In this document: in pieces, positions 25,671-38,739 of the stretch
How the letters are laid out: every line of letters starts with the position of its first letter
Numbering within the stretch: position 1 is the stretch's first letter
Source of the DNA: Camelus ferus
Taxonomy: Eukaryota
Reading direction: 5' to 3'
Assembly (NCBI RefSeq): GCF_009834535.1
Contig: NC_045697.1
Span: 20,586,001 to 20,650,000, forward strand
Length of the DNA: 64,000 bases
Notes under the pieces: model-generated
The model's database searches: none
What the model saw: only the letters and a program-made list of their open reading frames with translations
Told to the model about the DNA's origin: nothing
Program-made: the position numbers and the translations under genes

Positions 25671-27161
25671 TTAACACAATTTAAAAAATTCTGTATTTCT
25701 GGAATAAAAAGTCAACAGGATTTGAAATAACAGCCCATTTTCTAAACACTCTATTTTTCACTTTTTTATAATACCCAGCAAATATTTGGGTCATAAAACT
25801 TATCAACCCAGTTAGAATTTATTAGTTTATTGTCTATCACTTCTAATAGACTGAGAGTGGATAATGAATAGTTTCCATAAATTAGAATAACGACCCATAG
25901 AAGGGATACCCATAGAAGTAAATGTGGTGAGGGTATAGAGATCTCACAGCCTGAGTTAAGCATAATTACGGCAGCTAAAATTTACTGAATGTTTCCTCAT
26001 TTTCAGATAATTTTCAAAGAGCTGTGTATATATATTGATTAATTTAATCATTAAAACCACTTTTAGAGGTCTAATGTGCAGAGAACTGTGTCATGCTAAG
26101 CCTGGACAGTGGTATCAAACCTCAACAATAAACAAAGCCTGGACAAGCCATCTAAGGGAGGCAAAAGACACAATATTTTTATGGTAGGAAGGAGAAAGGG
26201 AAAAATATAATATAGGAAGACAAAACAGGCAGGAATGTGGTAATCGGAAGATAAGTATTTGGAATATGACATCAGCTTACTTGATTTTGCAGCCTTTTTT
26301 TTTTTTTTTTTAAAGCTGGAAAATGAATGAGTGGGATCACATAATGTCTCTTATCTATTTTATCTGTGACATTTTGTGATTACAGGTCTTAGGGAAAAGC
26401 AATCATATTGCTGTTAATCATTCTTTAATTGGGCATTGCACAGTATCTCTAGGCTTACTCTATTTTAATTATAAAGACAGGAAAGTAAGTAATTATGATT
26501 TCTGCAGAGGACATGATTTTGTGTTTGTGTATGTGTTTAATTATCCAATTTATCTTAGCCTTAGGTGACCTAAGGTTTTCATTGTGAACTGAGGTCCTCT
26601 GAGAACCTGGATGGAAAGAAAAGCTTGAGTCTTTGGTGAAATAACTTGAAAATTTCACAAAATGACATAGACATGCTCCAAGTAAAGAGTGTAGCCTTAA
26701 ACTATGACTGCTGATGCCTGGAAAGGGTAATGGGGATTGTTAATCCAGATTTTGTACATGAATCACGGAAGAGCTCTAATGATATGACACAGAGCACATT
26801 AGAAGGCAGTTCCATGAAGATGCAATTGCAATTGTTCAACTCCATTTCCCACAGTCTGCACAAAGATTTTACTCTTGGAGATGGACAAGCGGATCTGAGA
26901 AAATTATATGTGAATACAAATCACGATGTACTTTGTTTTTTAGGCTCTTTCAGCTTTCAGAAAGAGACATACACTCTTTTTATTCTTTCTTTCTTGAATA
27001 TTTAGTGATCACTGTAACGGGGTATCTTCTAAGTACTGGAGACGTACCCGTGATTATTCTGGCTATCTGAGGTGCTGGAAGTTGAGTGAGGAGACACAGA
27101 GAAGGAAGAAGAGCAGAAAAGTCAGTAGGCATTCTGAACATTGGTCTAGTCAAGATATAAT

Positions 27162-27297
27162 CAGGGGGAGGATACAACAAGAGCACCAGAGAACATGCTT
27201 AGTATGCACAAGATCCTGGGTTCAATCCCCGGTACCTCCTCTAAAAATAAATAAATAAATAAACCTTACTTCCCCCTTCAAAAAATAAACAAAATAA
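27162..27297 (+). mobile_element. tRNA-Ala-derived SINE (camelid Vic-1-like)
   Basis: 'gggggagg...catgcttagtatgcacaagatcctgggttcaatccccggtacctcc' with B box and (AAAT)n tail; exact TSD aagatataat at 27152-27161 and 27298-27307. Confidence 0.88.
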
Positions 27298-27939
27298 AAG
27301 ATATAATGTTTCTCTAGAACTCTATTATCTTGTTCATCACTCAGATTAAGGTGTCATTGCTTCCTTCCATTGCTCTTGTGTTCTGTAATTATTGTGATTG
27401 CTATTATTTTATGTTTATTTTTGTCTTTGCTGCTACTAATTCTCTTTTTTATCTTTATTAATTTTTTTTTCCTTTACTCATTGTTTTGACAGTTCTGTAG
27501 CCAGGAAAGTCCCAGCTGCATTTTGTGACATGCTTTCATTACCTGGATTTGGTTGTATTAAGACCCTGGATTTGGAACCAATTATAAGGAGTGATGGCCA
27601 TTTTGTTTTCAGCAGTTGTCTGTGTTACAGTTGGTCTATGAATCCTGTCCAGAGTCTTGAATGTTATGCTGCAGACATTTATACATCTGGTAACTCAAAA
27701 ATTTGGCCTGCAACAAAAAGTTCAAAGAGGACTGATGCACCCACCATATTTTCTTGACTCCTGAACAATGTTGGCAATGGTAAATATCCAGACATGAATT
27801 AATATCCTGAAACCTAACTTCACCTGCCCTGATTTAAAAAAAAATAAAAGAAATCTTTGAGTTATCTTCTCTGGCATTAAAAACTAAGCCATTGTTTTCT
27901 CCTATTAAACATAAAAAAATTCACTACCAAATTCAGATA

Positions 27940-28360
27940 GAGTCACTCAGTGACTGTGATGGGATGAGACAAAAGAAAAGATCATTTCATAGACAAAATC
28001 AATAACACACTACAATCAACAGATATGACCAAGATCTTCTCACTAGACTAACATGAATGCCTGCTAATTCCTTACGAATACAGATTTAACTTTTCTTCAT
28101 TTCTTCCCATTTCTTCTGCTAACTAGATGCAAATTATTAGGACAGTGAATGGGAAAGTTGCCCTATTTTTGTCAGTACCCAGTCCAAAGCAAAGTCACAC
28201 TTCCATGAATCTTCCCTAAAATCATTTAGCACAAGTCCAAATCTTACAACCAGTCCCTTTTAATATCTTCTATGGAGATGCCCAGTATCTCACTCATGGT
28301 GTTTCATGTCTTTTGCTACAACAGGTACCGATCAACTCAACTTTTGTTTGACTAAAGTAG
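27940..28360 (+). mobile_element. ERV1 LTR (MER90/MER110-like)
   Basis: 'ccagtccaaagcaaagtcacacttcc...aaatcatttagcacaagtccaaatctta...ggagatgccc...catggtg'. Confidence 0.65.
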
Positions 28361-28384
28361 TTTGATGGAAAATTCTACCAGTTA

Positions 28385-28630
28385 TTTTAAACAAGGAAGG
28401 GAAAGAACTGATAGGATTTAAGTTTCAAAAGCTCACTTTGGCTGCTGGGTAAAGGACCACAAGGGTGAAGAAATGAAAACATGAGATAGAAAAGTGGACC
28501 ATGTAAGCATGAGTAAGGCTTGGAAGATGGCAGTAGCAATGGTAATGGAGAGAAATAGATAAATTTAGGATATATTTAAGAAACAAATATTTTGGAGTGA
28601 TTAGATGTTTACTTTTATTGGATCTCAGGT
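28385..28630 (-). mobile_element. L2 fragment
   Basis: 'aaaagctcactttggctgctg...ggcagtagcaatggtaatgggagagaaatagataaatttagg'. Confidence 0.6.
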
Positions 28631-28659
28631 TTGGAGTATTGAATTAATCATATACCTTC

Positions 28660-29300
28660 AGTGCATGAAATATTATCATTTATTCTTTCAAAGGTGTCTC
28701 TAGTTTCCTTTATCCTTAACCCCCCTCTTAATCCACCTTCCACAAACAAACATTCTGAAGCGTTTAATGCATTGTTAGTCTGTGTTTTTGAAAATGGGCA
28801 TTATTCTTTTCTTTGTATGCATTTATACTTTTTATTTTGGTAATTACATTATTTGTTCTCCATTTAATTTTCCCCCTTAGTAGTATATGTTTGCTTCAAT
28901 CGTGGTTTGAAGAGATTGGTTACTTAACCACTTTTGACTGTTATGAAGACCTTCATGGTTTGTATTCACAATTGGCCTATCCACTGCCTCAAAGATGGAC
29001 AAGTAGATGTCCATTTCATTGACAATAGAATTACTGAGTTTATTTGATCATACTGAATTTGACTGCTATGCATACAACTTGATAAAAAATGCCATAAAAC
29101 AATGAAAAAGAGGAAACTATTGCTATATTCCAAAGCATGAATGAATCTCACGAGGAAAATGTGACCATAAGAAGCCAGACACTAAAGAATATGTTCTGCA
29201 TGAATCCCTTCATTTGAAGTAGAAGAGGAAATACTCATTGATAGAGCTATAAATTGGGATGAATCAAGGTGGATGTAAGAGGGAATATAGTTTTGATGGC
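28660..29300. mobile_element. L1ME 3' UTR fragments, antisense then sense
   Basis: 'gcatgaatgaatctcac...aagaagccagacactaaagaatatgttctgcatgaatccc' in sense at about 29135-29220; antisense L1-like sequence upstream. Confidence 0.55.
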
Positions 29301-30349
29301 CAACAGGAACCAGTACATACAAATGGAAACAGCAAGAGAATGTCAGCAGGCAATGGCCAAACCAACAGAAAACAGATAGAGGTCTTGTGGGAGAATAATG
29401 ATGGAGCTTCAGAGCCCAGGCATGTAGCCAGAGCTGGGATTATGAAGCACAAGCCAGGCACAAACAACCTAGACAGTGAGTCCAAGTTCCTTTGCAATCA
29501 GGAGGCTTCTATAGTAATCCCATCAGGACAGAAACCAATTTTATATGGCCATTACAGAAGTCTTAGATAAGGAAGAGAGCCTGAGAAGCCTGGTAGGAAG
29601 TGTAAACCTTTAGAACTGGTAAGAAAAAAATGATCCTAGACACATACCTACTATAATAAAAAGCCAGTGTCATCCATCATGTAGTAAAGATACCAAATAG
29701 CTAAGAGTTTTGTTGAAACTTGCTAAGATTCACTTAAAGTTTCCATTGAGTTCCTGTGAGCTGAAAATCTGCTTGATGAGATGTAGGAGATTCTAGTAAT
29801 GTATAGTTATTTATACAAAGTTTATAATATTAATATTATGATAGTAATTTAAAAAAATCCCCAAGTTTTTCTGACCATCATATTATCTGCTAGCAGGAGT
29901 AATAAAAAAAAATGACTAATCAGAAGACACTTTTAGTAAATTATATAAACATACAGGAAATATGAAATAGATAATACTTCTAATTATTAAAATGGAATTT
30001 TCATATTTAGAAGGAAACTAACAAAATTATAGCATGTTATAGATAATTTAACAAACTCATCATGTGCTCTTAAGAATCCCTATTTTTTTAAAGCAATAGC
30101 TGTTTCTGTTTAAACTTAAAAGGTTGTTTCATTTGATTTGATTTTGTTTTTAGTCAGAGAAATCATACATACTTACCATTTTTGTGTGCAAACCCCTTGA
30201 TTCTTTAACTAGTAATTATTTTACTTCAGGTTGGGTAGAGTCCCTTTTTCTCTGAATGAAGGGAAATGAGAACCCTGAGACAATGATAACATATGGCAGG
30301 GACAAGACAAAAATTACCTATAGCTTTATTAATCTCGCCTTTTAACAAC

Positions 30350-30730
30350 GATTTGTAGTGCTCTGCCTGCGAATGTTGCCAGTTACATTTCTCCAAGTAC
30401 ATTTCTCCATGTCATGCCATGTCTGCTCTCAAACAGAACATACTCACCTGGAAAAGCTCCACCTATCTTTCAAACCTCAGATTATGAATCACTTTTTATG
30501 TATTGCCTCCTTCATAGCTACAATCTTATCATTCGCTTGGACCCCACACTCCCCTGACCAATCAGAATTAAGTGTTTCCGCTGCTTTCATACTTTTCCTG
30601 TATCACTTACCATGCTGAGTTTGACTTGTCCGTCTTCCTCACTAGACTAGGAGATTTTTAAGTCAAGTGTTCTGAGTCTGTGGCACTTAGTTCACTAGTT
30701 GGCATAGAAGAATTTTATGTATGTTCGTAA
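30350..30730 (+). mobile_element. L2 3' fragment
   Basis: 'cttgtccgtcttcctcactagactaggag...tggcacttag...ggcatagaag'. Confidence 0.55.
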
Positions 30731-33700
30731 ATCATATACAATATTCCTAGCACTGGGCTATGTGCATATCAATTTTTTTCATTGAATTTGTTGACTAATG
30801 GAGGTTTAGATTTAGCAAACTCATCGTGGATGAACTATATCACTTATGAATCAAAATAGATTTCTCAGTTACAGCCAAAAATGCAAACAAGAAGTTGTAA
30901 ACGGTAGATGGAATTCCACTATCAAAAGACTAATTTCTATAACACACTTTATTATTTTTTATAACACACTTTAATTTGGAAGAGGAATATATAGAGTATG
31001 TGTAAAATAAGGAAAACTGTAATTTTTGGCATATTATACCCTAGTTTGGATTAAATTTCTCACTCTTGTTCCAAATGTTATGAAAGTATTATCTTAATTT
31101 CCAAGGTAACTGTTTACAAATATAGGCACATTACAATTAAAATTAAAATTAAATGTTCAAACAAATATATATATAATGTTTATTTTTAAGGTCTTGATTT
31201 CCAAGTAGTGACTTTTAAAATACAAATTGCATAGTCTGAATTTGAGAGAGAAAATTTCAAAATACATTAACTAACTTCTTGGTGTTTAGTGACTGTGCTG
31301 AGTCCATTATAATAACATATATTTTTAACATTTAGGATATTTATATACAACACATTTATGCTTAGACATGTGGAATTTTGTTTACTACCTAACTGCTAAG
31401 TGGATTCATATTTAAATGTAAATATCCTTGCAGAGTGCAGTGTGTTGAAATTACTAATTTTCATACTAGACATCTTAAAATTTGCATGTATAATTGCCCA
31501 TTCCTTCATGTAAATAAAAACTTACGTTTTTGCCCTCTTGGAAAAGGTATTTATGCATTTATCTATGCACACTCAACGTGTATGCAAACACTTGGATTTA
31601 CATATATACATATTTATTGTGTTTATATACCTATTGGCTTTATATAGTGCGCTCTACACATTTTATTTTTAATATGATAAACATTGTTATGCTCGATCCT
31701 CATCAAGTCTACAGAAAGTAGGCTTGTCACTTTGTCCATAGTTTCTGAATTTTATGACTATTCTATCTATTGAGTACATAAGGGGTATTTCTTTTAAATG
31801 GTTTACAAAATATCAGATATTTAAGGGCTCAGAAATCTTATTTGGTGGAATGATACTCAAATAATAATTATGTATTTAGTACATATTTAATATAACTTTT
31901 ATGAAAAGGAACATATTTGGGTAGGATAAGTTAAGGACATTCTTAAGCCTGGATAGTACTCACTGTCAGCTCTGCAGCAATATGAAGGGATGACACAGAA
32001 AACTGCTGTATATATTATGCATAACCATGCATCCACGCAGAATTTCCCACTCACAGATGCTACCTGGGACATGGAGTATGTCACAGCTATTTTGTACTCA
32101 ATTCTTTTTCTAACTATAAAGGCTTGGTGTTGTCATGATACATATTTAGCTTCTGAGATTGATGGATTGCTTGAGTGAACAAGATTATATGGCATTTTTT
32201 TTTCTTATCTGAGTCAATGTTTTCCTCAATACCACGAAGTAAATTAAAATAAAGTGTTTAAATCTACTGCTTATGATAAAGAGGACCAAATCTCATTCTA
32301 ATAAATGTGAAATACAGCTTGTCATGTTCCTTTCGCACTGTAGAAATGCTACCACAGGGCTTCGCCAGTTAAGTCTAATATGTTGACATTTATTTTTGCT
32401 GCAAAAAATGTTAGGATTATATTTTTGCATTAAATTCTGGCATTTTTAAAGATCACGATGACAAGTAATTTATTCCTCAAATCACTCTGGTTTGTTTTTA
32501 CTTTTTGAATATGGATTTGGCCGTGTGTCTCCAAGGCACAGTACAAAGCATATTTCATATGTTTTGCAACCTATTAGTTTGATTTAAATCCACTTTTTCC
32601 ATCTGGATTTACACAAGCCTTCCTTGATGTTATTTGCTCTGAATTATTGCCCAGAAATAATCACACCGAATCCAATTTTACACTGGCTGTGTGGCTTACC
32701 AAGCTTGTCACTGTAAAGCTTTAAGGCTTTTATAGTTTGTTTCAATGAAGGCAATTTCTCAAATATTCTATATATTAATACGTAATATGCAGTTTTGACA
32801 AACATTAAAAAATTTCCCTTACCTGTTCTTAAATATGGAATAAATGATGACGTATCTTAGAATCATGACAGAGAGTAGAAAGAGCAACACATAAAAATAA
32901 TGTTTTTTGCATATTCAGTATAAAACCTACATATAATAGATTTGGCCAATCTCAATGACTTGAATCGAAACCTCAAAGATAAGTAATATAGTGTCAGGAG
33001 CACTGATTCAGTTCTTTTGCACTTTAAAGATTTATTTCTTTTAGTAATACAGCAGCTAAAGGAGAATGTAAATTTGAAATTCATCTTTTTTTCTTTTTTG
33101 CCATATTTTTAAAGGCCTATCTTTCCTTAAGCTGAATGAAGAGTGAACTAGAACATTTTTCAAAGTAGATAATAAATCTAGATAATCCAGCAATAAAACT
33201 TTGTCTTTTGCTTTTTCTTCTCATTGGTAGATAGTTTTGGTCTATATCCTTTAGGGGGAAATAAAAAGAAAAAAAAAAAATAACCTCAATTCTACCTATA
33301 CTTAGTCATTTGTTTTCACAGATCTTAAGAGAAAACCTGAAATGTTGAATTAATACCCCTTCTAGTAGAAAGCTGAATTGTTTTCTGAATTTTCACCCTT
33401 GGGGAAAAAACCCAGAGAATTTCCATTGGCTAGTTTTCAAAGGCAAATGTGTGGATGGTTGCTCACATCTATGTGCCTAATTTGCATTCTGACCACTTCT
33501 GAGAAAGTTCGGACTACTTAAGATTTGCTAACTAGAAACATACAAGTTGGCCATCTTTCCTCTTTGGAAAATAGGGTTTTTTTTCTTGTGATAAGTTTAC
33601 TTTTTGCCTCTCTTGCTGCATGATTAGAATCAGAATCTATATTGAAGAGTTTTTTGAGAATTAATTCAAGTATTTTTAAAAATACCCATCAAGGAAAAGA

Positions 33701-34424
33701 AAAGAAATATGTGTGCTGAAAGATGGTCTAAATCACAAAACCAAATTATTTATTTGGATGAAGTAGCTCGGTAAGGTAAAATGTATAGCAATCTTCTGGA
33801 CACTTCTAATAGGGATAACATTTCATGATACTGAGGTAAAATATACATAGGCAAAGTGAAATGGATAAATGAGGTAATTATTCATGTAATTCTAGACTAA
33901 AAAAAGCCTCAGCCAAAATATTTAGAAAACTGAGAAAATTTTCCCTTGCCTTATTTAAATAATTGCCTTAATTCTCCTTTCCATCTATTTACTATGGATA
34001 AAAGTACCTTTTTTTGTTAAAATAATTCTAATTACATTGTTAGAGAATACCAGGTAAATAATTATTCCATTTAATTATCACATATCATTTGGAGATTATC
34101 ATTTAAACCGTTTTGCCTCCACATACCTTTCTGCATGATAGAGAAAAATTGTTGTATTCTTTATGGGAACTTTTGAAAGATTAGCAAGGTAACTGTAGGT
34201 AAACTAAAGCATCATAAGGAACACTATATAAACTATAAGTAGTGTATTTTATTTTGCTTTACTTAGAAATACAAACTTTTATACACATCCAAATTTTTAT
34301 GATATAAAATTGTTAAAAATTTAATTCATTTAGTGGCAAGGACTTAAAATCATTTTCATACTAAATCTTTAAAACTTTGGATAATTTTCATATGACATTC
34401 AGATATCTGATATACCCAGTATTT

Positions 34425-35165
34425 TCATGGTTTATACAGGTTGTAGCATATATCAGTGCTTCATTACTTTTATTGTTGAATTATATTCCATTATGACATT
34501 ACACCATATCTTACTTATCTTATGCATTCATTAGTTACTGGATATTTGGGTTTTGTTCAATTTTGGCTATTAAGACTAATGTTTCTAAAAACATCAGTGT
34601 TTAAGTTTTAGATGGGCTGTGTTTTCACTTACCTTGGATGTGTATCTGGGAGTAAAATTGCTGGACCATATAGCAACTCTATGTTTAACATTTGGAGAAA
34701 CTGTCAAACTGTCTTCAGTACAGCTTCACCAGTTTAATGAAGGCCAATTTATCTTCCTTTTTTTTTGTTTTGTGCTTTTGATGTCATATCTAAGTGGCTC
34801 TGTCTAACCTCAGTCAAAATTTATGCCTACATTTTCATCAAAGTGTGCTATAGTTTTTATCCTTACATTTATTTCTGTTGCCCATCTAGAGTTAATTTTT
34901 GTGTGAAGTATAAGAGAGGCATCCAACTTTACTCTTTTGCATGTGAGTATTCAGCACTACTCTTTTCCTCTCCCAATGATCTTAGCATCTCATCCTTGTT
35001 CAAATCAACTGACCACATGAGTATAAAGATTTATTTCTGGATTCTAAATTCTGGGCATTTATCCATGACTATCCTTCTGTCAATACCACACTTTCTTGAT
35101 TATTGTAGCTTTGTAGTAAGTTTTGAAACAGAGAAGTATTAGTTATCTAACTTTGTTCTTCTTCA
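34425..35165 (-). mobile_element. L1MB-type fragment (3' UTR plus ORF2 3' part, internally deleted)
   Basis: 'gttgtagcatatatcagtgcttcatt...gggagtaaaattgctggaccatat...ttgattattgtagctttgtagtaagttttgaaa'. Confidence 0.85.
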
Positions 35166-36917
35166 CTGGGAAGCTTGCCTACCATGACCCTAAGCCACCA
35201 TTCCCAAGCAAAATAAGTATTTTAGTTGCCTAGGTGTGAGAGTCAGAACCAGTGGTTTAAAGAGTGTATCAAAATTAAAGAAGTAAAGAGAGCTAATAGA
35301 GATGTTGTAGCAGTCTGACTATAAAAAGATGAAATAGCAGTTTTAGGGGCCTGAAGGACTCAAAATGGTTTCTATTTTGTATTTTTTTAACATAGGGTAG
35401 TAGCTTGAGTGAGTTTAAATCATAAGAAAGATCTAGATGCAAGGCAGACTTAAGGGAATTCATAAGTTTAGTGGCCCAAAGTTGAAGAAGCAGTGAGCTG
35501 GTGACTTCAGTTTTCTGTGTGAATGATGAGAGATGACCACCTGCTGAGAGATGGGGGTAGAGAAGAGTCAAGGTTTGAAGGTGGAATATGGAGAAAGTTT
35601 GAAATTGTCAAGGTGGTTAATGAGACAGCACCTACAGAAAAATGTAGTCACGCTGGAATTTAACTTTAGAAGTACAGCAGAGGTTGATAAATATAGATTC
35701 AGGGTCGCATTGATTTAAATACTTTATCTGCAAGCCCATAATTTACTTGTTTGGCATTTTCTGAAAACATGTTGAATATTTGAATAGGATCTTCTCTCAG
35801 TTTAGTAAAATAAAGAATTTGTTTCTTCTCTAATATGAAAAAAGAAATAACTTTGAGTCAGAATGCATTTTCCCTAGCTGTACAATTAGATTGTTTTCAT
35901 TTAAGTTTTTGCATAGGCTTATGAAGTGCAGACTTAGCGTGGATGATCATAAGTAAGTTATGCTTAGGGCAACTTCCTACATTGGCAAACTCTCATTGAT
36001 CTAACACCTTTGGAAACATTTTTCAGGATCACAAATGAATCTTTGTGAACAGTGATTCAGATGTGAATTTTCAATATGACATTGTGTGTGTGGATTAATG
36101 GTAATTGTTCCTGACATCTGTTGAATTATAATAGCTACTAATGAAAATATTTTTACTTATTGCCTTTCTTCTATTGTAGTAAAGAATGAAATTAGTAACC
36201 CCAGCTATCCTTCTCATGATGACTGACAAGTAAAAGGCATAGTCTTGTAGTTGACAGTGAACGAATTGCCTCTTCTTCCTCCTGAGGGCAGTTGGGGCAT
36301 GATATTTTCTTACTTTTCCACCAATGAGAAATAGGTAAATCTCTTAAGACTCTGCGATTCGATTCCATTTATATAAGGTTTGTCTCTCAAATTGATATAT
36401 GATATGACATGAATCAGAGCCATCTAAATCTTTCCACCTAGCTGAATTAGTGCTTCTCTTATATCTAATGATCTCACAGTCTGTCACAAATGAACCCATT
36501 ACAACCCACTTTGAATTGTTCTACTCTGACTTCTAACTTTGCTTTCAAATCTCACTTTAAGCCCAAATATTATCTTTCTATCTTATGGGCAATAAATGAT
36601 GTGTAGGTTGGCATAGCATAAATCAAGGGTAACTTGAGGCTCAAAAACTTGAAAATGAGATTGCCTTGAGAGAGAAACTAACAACCTAATAATGTATATG
36701 ATCAGTGACATAAATTCTTCTGAGTGTGACAGAATAGCTGCTGGGAGGGAGTAAACCTTTGACTTATTAACACATCCAAATAGAAGTGCCACAATTAAAA
36801 GAGGTTTGATGAGGAGGAAGGGGATCAAGTAAATGATTTGGCCATTTGCCCAAGTATATAGACCATTGAATTTGGAGAATATATGTTGGAAGTTTTGCTG
36901 ATAGCAATGATGTCTAC

Positions 36918-37125
36918 TAACATTTATGTATTGCATAACTTGTTCCAGGTCTTTTTCTAAGGGCTTTATGAAAATTACTTTATGTGATGCTCACAATAGC
37001 CCTATGAGGTAAATTTTCTTTTTAATCTTACTTGGCAGACAAGGAAACACAGGACTTGGGGATTTTAAGCAATGGGCCCAAAATTCCACAATCAGTAAGT
37101 GTTGGAAATGAGATTGAATTCCATA
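36918..37125 (-). mobile_element. MIR SINE
   Basis: 'ctaacatttatg...gctcacaatagccctatgaggta...cagacaaggaaacacagg...aatcagtaagtg'. Confidence 0.8.
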
Positions 37126-38739
37126 GCCCCTCTCCCTCTAACCATTTCTTGTACTTGGTAAGGTTAAGGGTGATGAGGAGGGAGAAGACTTTGTTTTACC
37201 ATTTTCATCTGTGAAACTTGACTGGAAATTTTTTATTCCTAACTGGTTTTGGCTCTGGTGAGCATCACCTGAGACATTGTACAAGGAAAACACTTTGCTC
37301 AAATATTTTGTGGCTTTAAGTCTCAGAGCTTCTTGAACCATTACTCAGCAAGTGTTACTTGTTAATACCCTGGAAATTCACTGGTTGAGTAATAACGTGC
37401 TTTCAAGACCACACTGACATGTTAGAAAGGATAGTATGATTTGAAGGTATATATCAGAGAGGCGATCAGTACAATAGGTAGTAACACAAGTGTGAGGAGT
37501 GTGACCTTAGTGATGAATCGGGTGCATAAAAGCAAGTAGCCAAATACCCACAAGTCAAGGGGTGTGTTTGTGAAGCCTCGTAATTAATGAGCCCTGGAGC
37601 TACCATGACTATTGCTACCTGTAGTTTCTTCAGAGGACAAACCTCTTCACACTTCTGGGTATACTTACTTTATAAATAACACAAGTATTTGTGGACACAC
37701 TGATACTTCCCTCCAGAATTGTCAAATAGCCACACAATTAGCTGTGAATGAATTATTAAGGTTTTCAGACAATGTTCTCTGTGTGTATGGGAATTAAGGT
37801 AATTGCATTTTCCTTTATAATTCTTCATCCTTTACATGTTAAGATTCATATAGGTTTAATTAATATTTAAATTTTGATTTGCATTACTATATTATGTTTC
37901 ACTCAATCTCCTGCTAGTTATTAAATTACTTGAGAGGAATTAGCAACTGAGATTATTTGCTGTTACACATCCACAGAAAATAACTAGATTAGTGCTTTCC
38001 AACTCTTTTTTAATCATGGCACATATAACAAATCTTTATCATGGTGCCTGGAAGAAGGCGTCACTGCCTTTGGGACTGAGGAAAATAATATCTGGGTAGG
38101 TCACTATATTGTGACTCAGTGTTTGGCAAACTGTGAGAATGGTGGCAGTATTCATTTCAAAGAATAGTTAGTGAGTCACAATGAGTTAGAAACTTACAGA
38201 GTCATTGACATGAAGAGGCCAAAATATAATGTTTTTATTTCTAGAAAACTGAATATAACCTTATATTAAGTAACCCTTTCAAAGTCTTTTTCAAATTAAA
38301 ATATTTACTTCTGACCAAAAAAGATAATCTGTTTTGATTGACTTCAGTATGTCTATGGGAACTTTTGTCCTAGCTTTGGTGGAAAAATCTATTCAAGGAA
38401 AAATATAGCATTTCTTTATCAAGGAAGATGGATTAACTCTAATATTAAAACTAAACAAGCCTATTACAAAAGAAAATTTATCTACCAAAGTTTAACATAG
38501 ATAGATTCAAAATCCAAATACCCCACGTTTTATAAGAAGTGGGTGAAATTCATTGTGTGAGGATTTGGGAAAGTTCTTTAAAAGAGTTTAATTAACTTTA
38601 GGCAATATTTTGCACTCTGTCCATTTCCTCATTAAACTTTACTTATTTATTTATTTGCATGAAATACAGATGTGATGATTGGACCTCTAGTATTCACTCT
38701 GAAACAGTGATGCAGCAGAATGGTAAGATAAAAGAAAGA

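Noticed and set aside
27162..27240. Possible tRNA-Ala genes (also 51204-51277)
   Set aside because: Stems are degenerate, and both have SINE tails and TSDs, so they are SINE heads rather than tRNA genes
34619..35142. 125-aa hydrophobic ORF
   Set aside because: Antisense reading of an L1MB fragment
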